A program made the position numbers and the translations under genes. From positions 25,138 to 89,137 of the forward strand of contig JAKIWQ010000003.1 of NCBI GenBank assembly GCA_022749935.1: DNA of 64,000 bases. Direction: 5' to 3'. Origin of the DNA: Thermoplasmata archaeon. Lineage in GTDB: Archaea; Thermoplasmatota; Thermoplasmata; Lutacidiplasmatales; UBA184. Positions 63,494 through 64,000 of this stretch are shown piece by piece. Each line of letters starts with the position of its first letter. Position 1 is the stretch's first letter. The notes below the pieces were generated by a model. That model worked only from the letters and a program-made list of their open reading frames with translations, had not been told where the DNA came from and did no database searches.

Positions 63494-63802
63494 ATGGCCG
63501 AGACCATTCGCATCCCGAACGTGACCCTTCCCGCCGAGGGGAGGGTCCGTCGCGTGATGGCCAACGGAACTCCGGTGGCCTTGTTCCACATCGGGGCCGA
63601 GTACTACGCGATCGACGCCCGCTGCACGCACGTCGGCGGTCCGCTCGACCGGGGAATGGTTCAAGACGGTCACGTGACGTGCCCGCTGCACGGGTCGATG
63701 TTTGACGTGAAGACCGGCAAGGTCCTCCGCGGCCCCGCCGCCCGCGATGTGTCGGCGTACCGAGTCCACGTGGAAGACACGACCCTCGTGCTGGAACGAT
63801 AG
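63494..63802 (+). CDS. Rieske [2Fe-2S] domain protein (ferredoxin-component-like)
   Basis: Start at Met 63494 within track ORF 63449..63802. The Rieske ligand motifs are CTHVGGPL (CxH) and CPLHGSMF (CxxH). Confidence 0.8.
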   Translation: MAETIRIPNVTLPAEGRVRRVMANGTPVALFHIGAEYYAIDARCTHVGGPLDRGMVQDGHVTCPLHGSMFDVKTGKVLRGPAARDVSAYRVHVEDTTLVLER

Positions 63803-64000
63803 GCCCCTCGTCGTCCGGACCGAGCGTCCCCGGCCCCCTGAACCAGGGTCTCGGAAGCGGGGTGCTACCCCTCTCTCGGGTCCGTACCGTCGAGTTCATC
63901 CGACCGGAGGGCATGGAGACTCGGAGCGCATTCCGTGACGCGACCTCAGAGTTCGAAGACGGGAACCAAGCCCTCAGTCGACAAGAAAACCTTCGACACC

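Noticed and set aside
61783-63914. 482-aa plus-strand ORF (61783..63231) and 431-aa minus-strand ORF (62619..63914)
   Set aside because: Both are R/P/S/G/T-rich with no motifs. They overlap shorter ORFs on the opposite strand that have balanced composition and GC3 bias, and in one case Rieske motifs.
63900-64000. Possible partial genes at the window edge: a plus-strand ATG at 63913, or a minus-strand C-terminus ending near 63946
   Set aside because: Fewer than 30 codons are visible, third-position GC is not convincingly biased in either frame, and no motifs are present. This cannot be supported from the window.
1-64000. Search for CRISPR arrays, rRNA genes, IS elements/transposases, long direct or inverted repeats, and large non-coding RNAs (RNase P, SRP)
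   Set aside because: I saw no regularly spaced repeats, no rRNA-like sequence and no transposase-like ORF. The largest non-coding gap (16616-16896) is filled by two tRNA genes. A by-eye scan cannot exclude short or diverged repeats.

Overview
GC-rich (about two-thirds G+C by eye), densely packed archaeal chromosomal segment with about 60 protein genes and 3 tRNA genes. I saw no rRNA, CRISPR array, IS element or prophage. All homology calls come from motif recognition by eye; no database search was possible. Archaeal identity is supported by a thermosome, proteasome beta subunit, CDC48/VAT, aCPSF1/FttA, RpoN and RpoF. It is further supported by the L18e-L13-S9-RpoN and L21e-RpoF-DUF655-KsgA clusters, Pus10, aIF2-beta, deoxyhypusine synthase, KEOPS Cgi121, XerA, SepF and a PRC-barrel protein. 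The gene content fits a euryarchaeal, Thermoplasmatota-like lineage, but with low confidence. Other content includes a bacterial-type mutS-mutL pair, a three-gene succinate dehydrogenase with a CCG-domain subunit, ThyX, class II LysRS and ValRS. There are also an ABC transporter, several methyltransferases and glycosyltransferases, three membrane or secreted proteases (PrsW, presenilin-like, G1 eqolisin-like), and two very large membrane-anchored, sequon-rich surface proteins. The strongest second-look items are: (1) a tRNA gene that folds into a cloverleaf only after removing a 30-nt insertion from its T-loop, and that also has C33; (2) mutS-mutL translationally coupled to a third gene for an Hjc/NucS-like PD-(D/E)xK nuclease; (3) a neighbourhood holding SepF, a HerA-like ATPase divergent from a long coiled-coil protein, a V4R plus Roadblock/LC7 pair with no GTPase, and a PRC-barrel (CdpB-like) protein; (4) the two giant surface proteins; (5) several uncharacterised genes. 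Many genes have TATA-like boxes 22-32 nt upstream of the start codon, suggesting leaderless transcripts. Almost every long gene carries a near full-length antisense ORF, which I treat as a high-GC artefact. Start codons are often uncertain (GTG/TTG starts, N-terminal extensions in the track).
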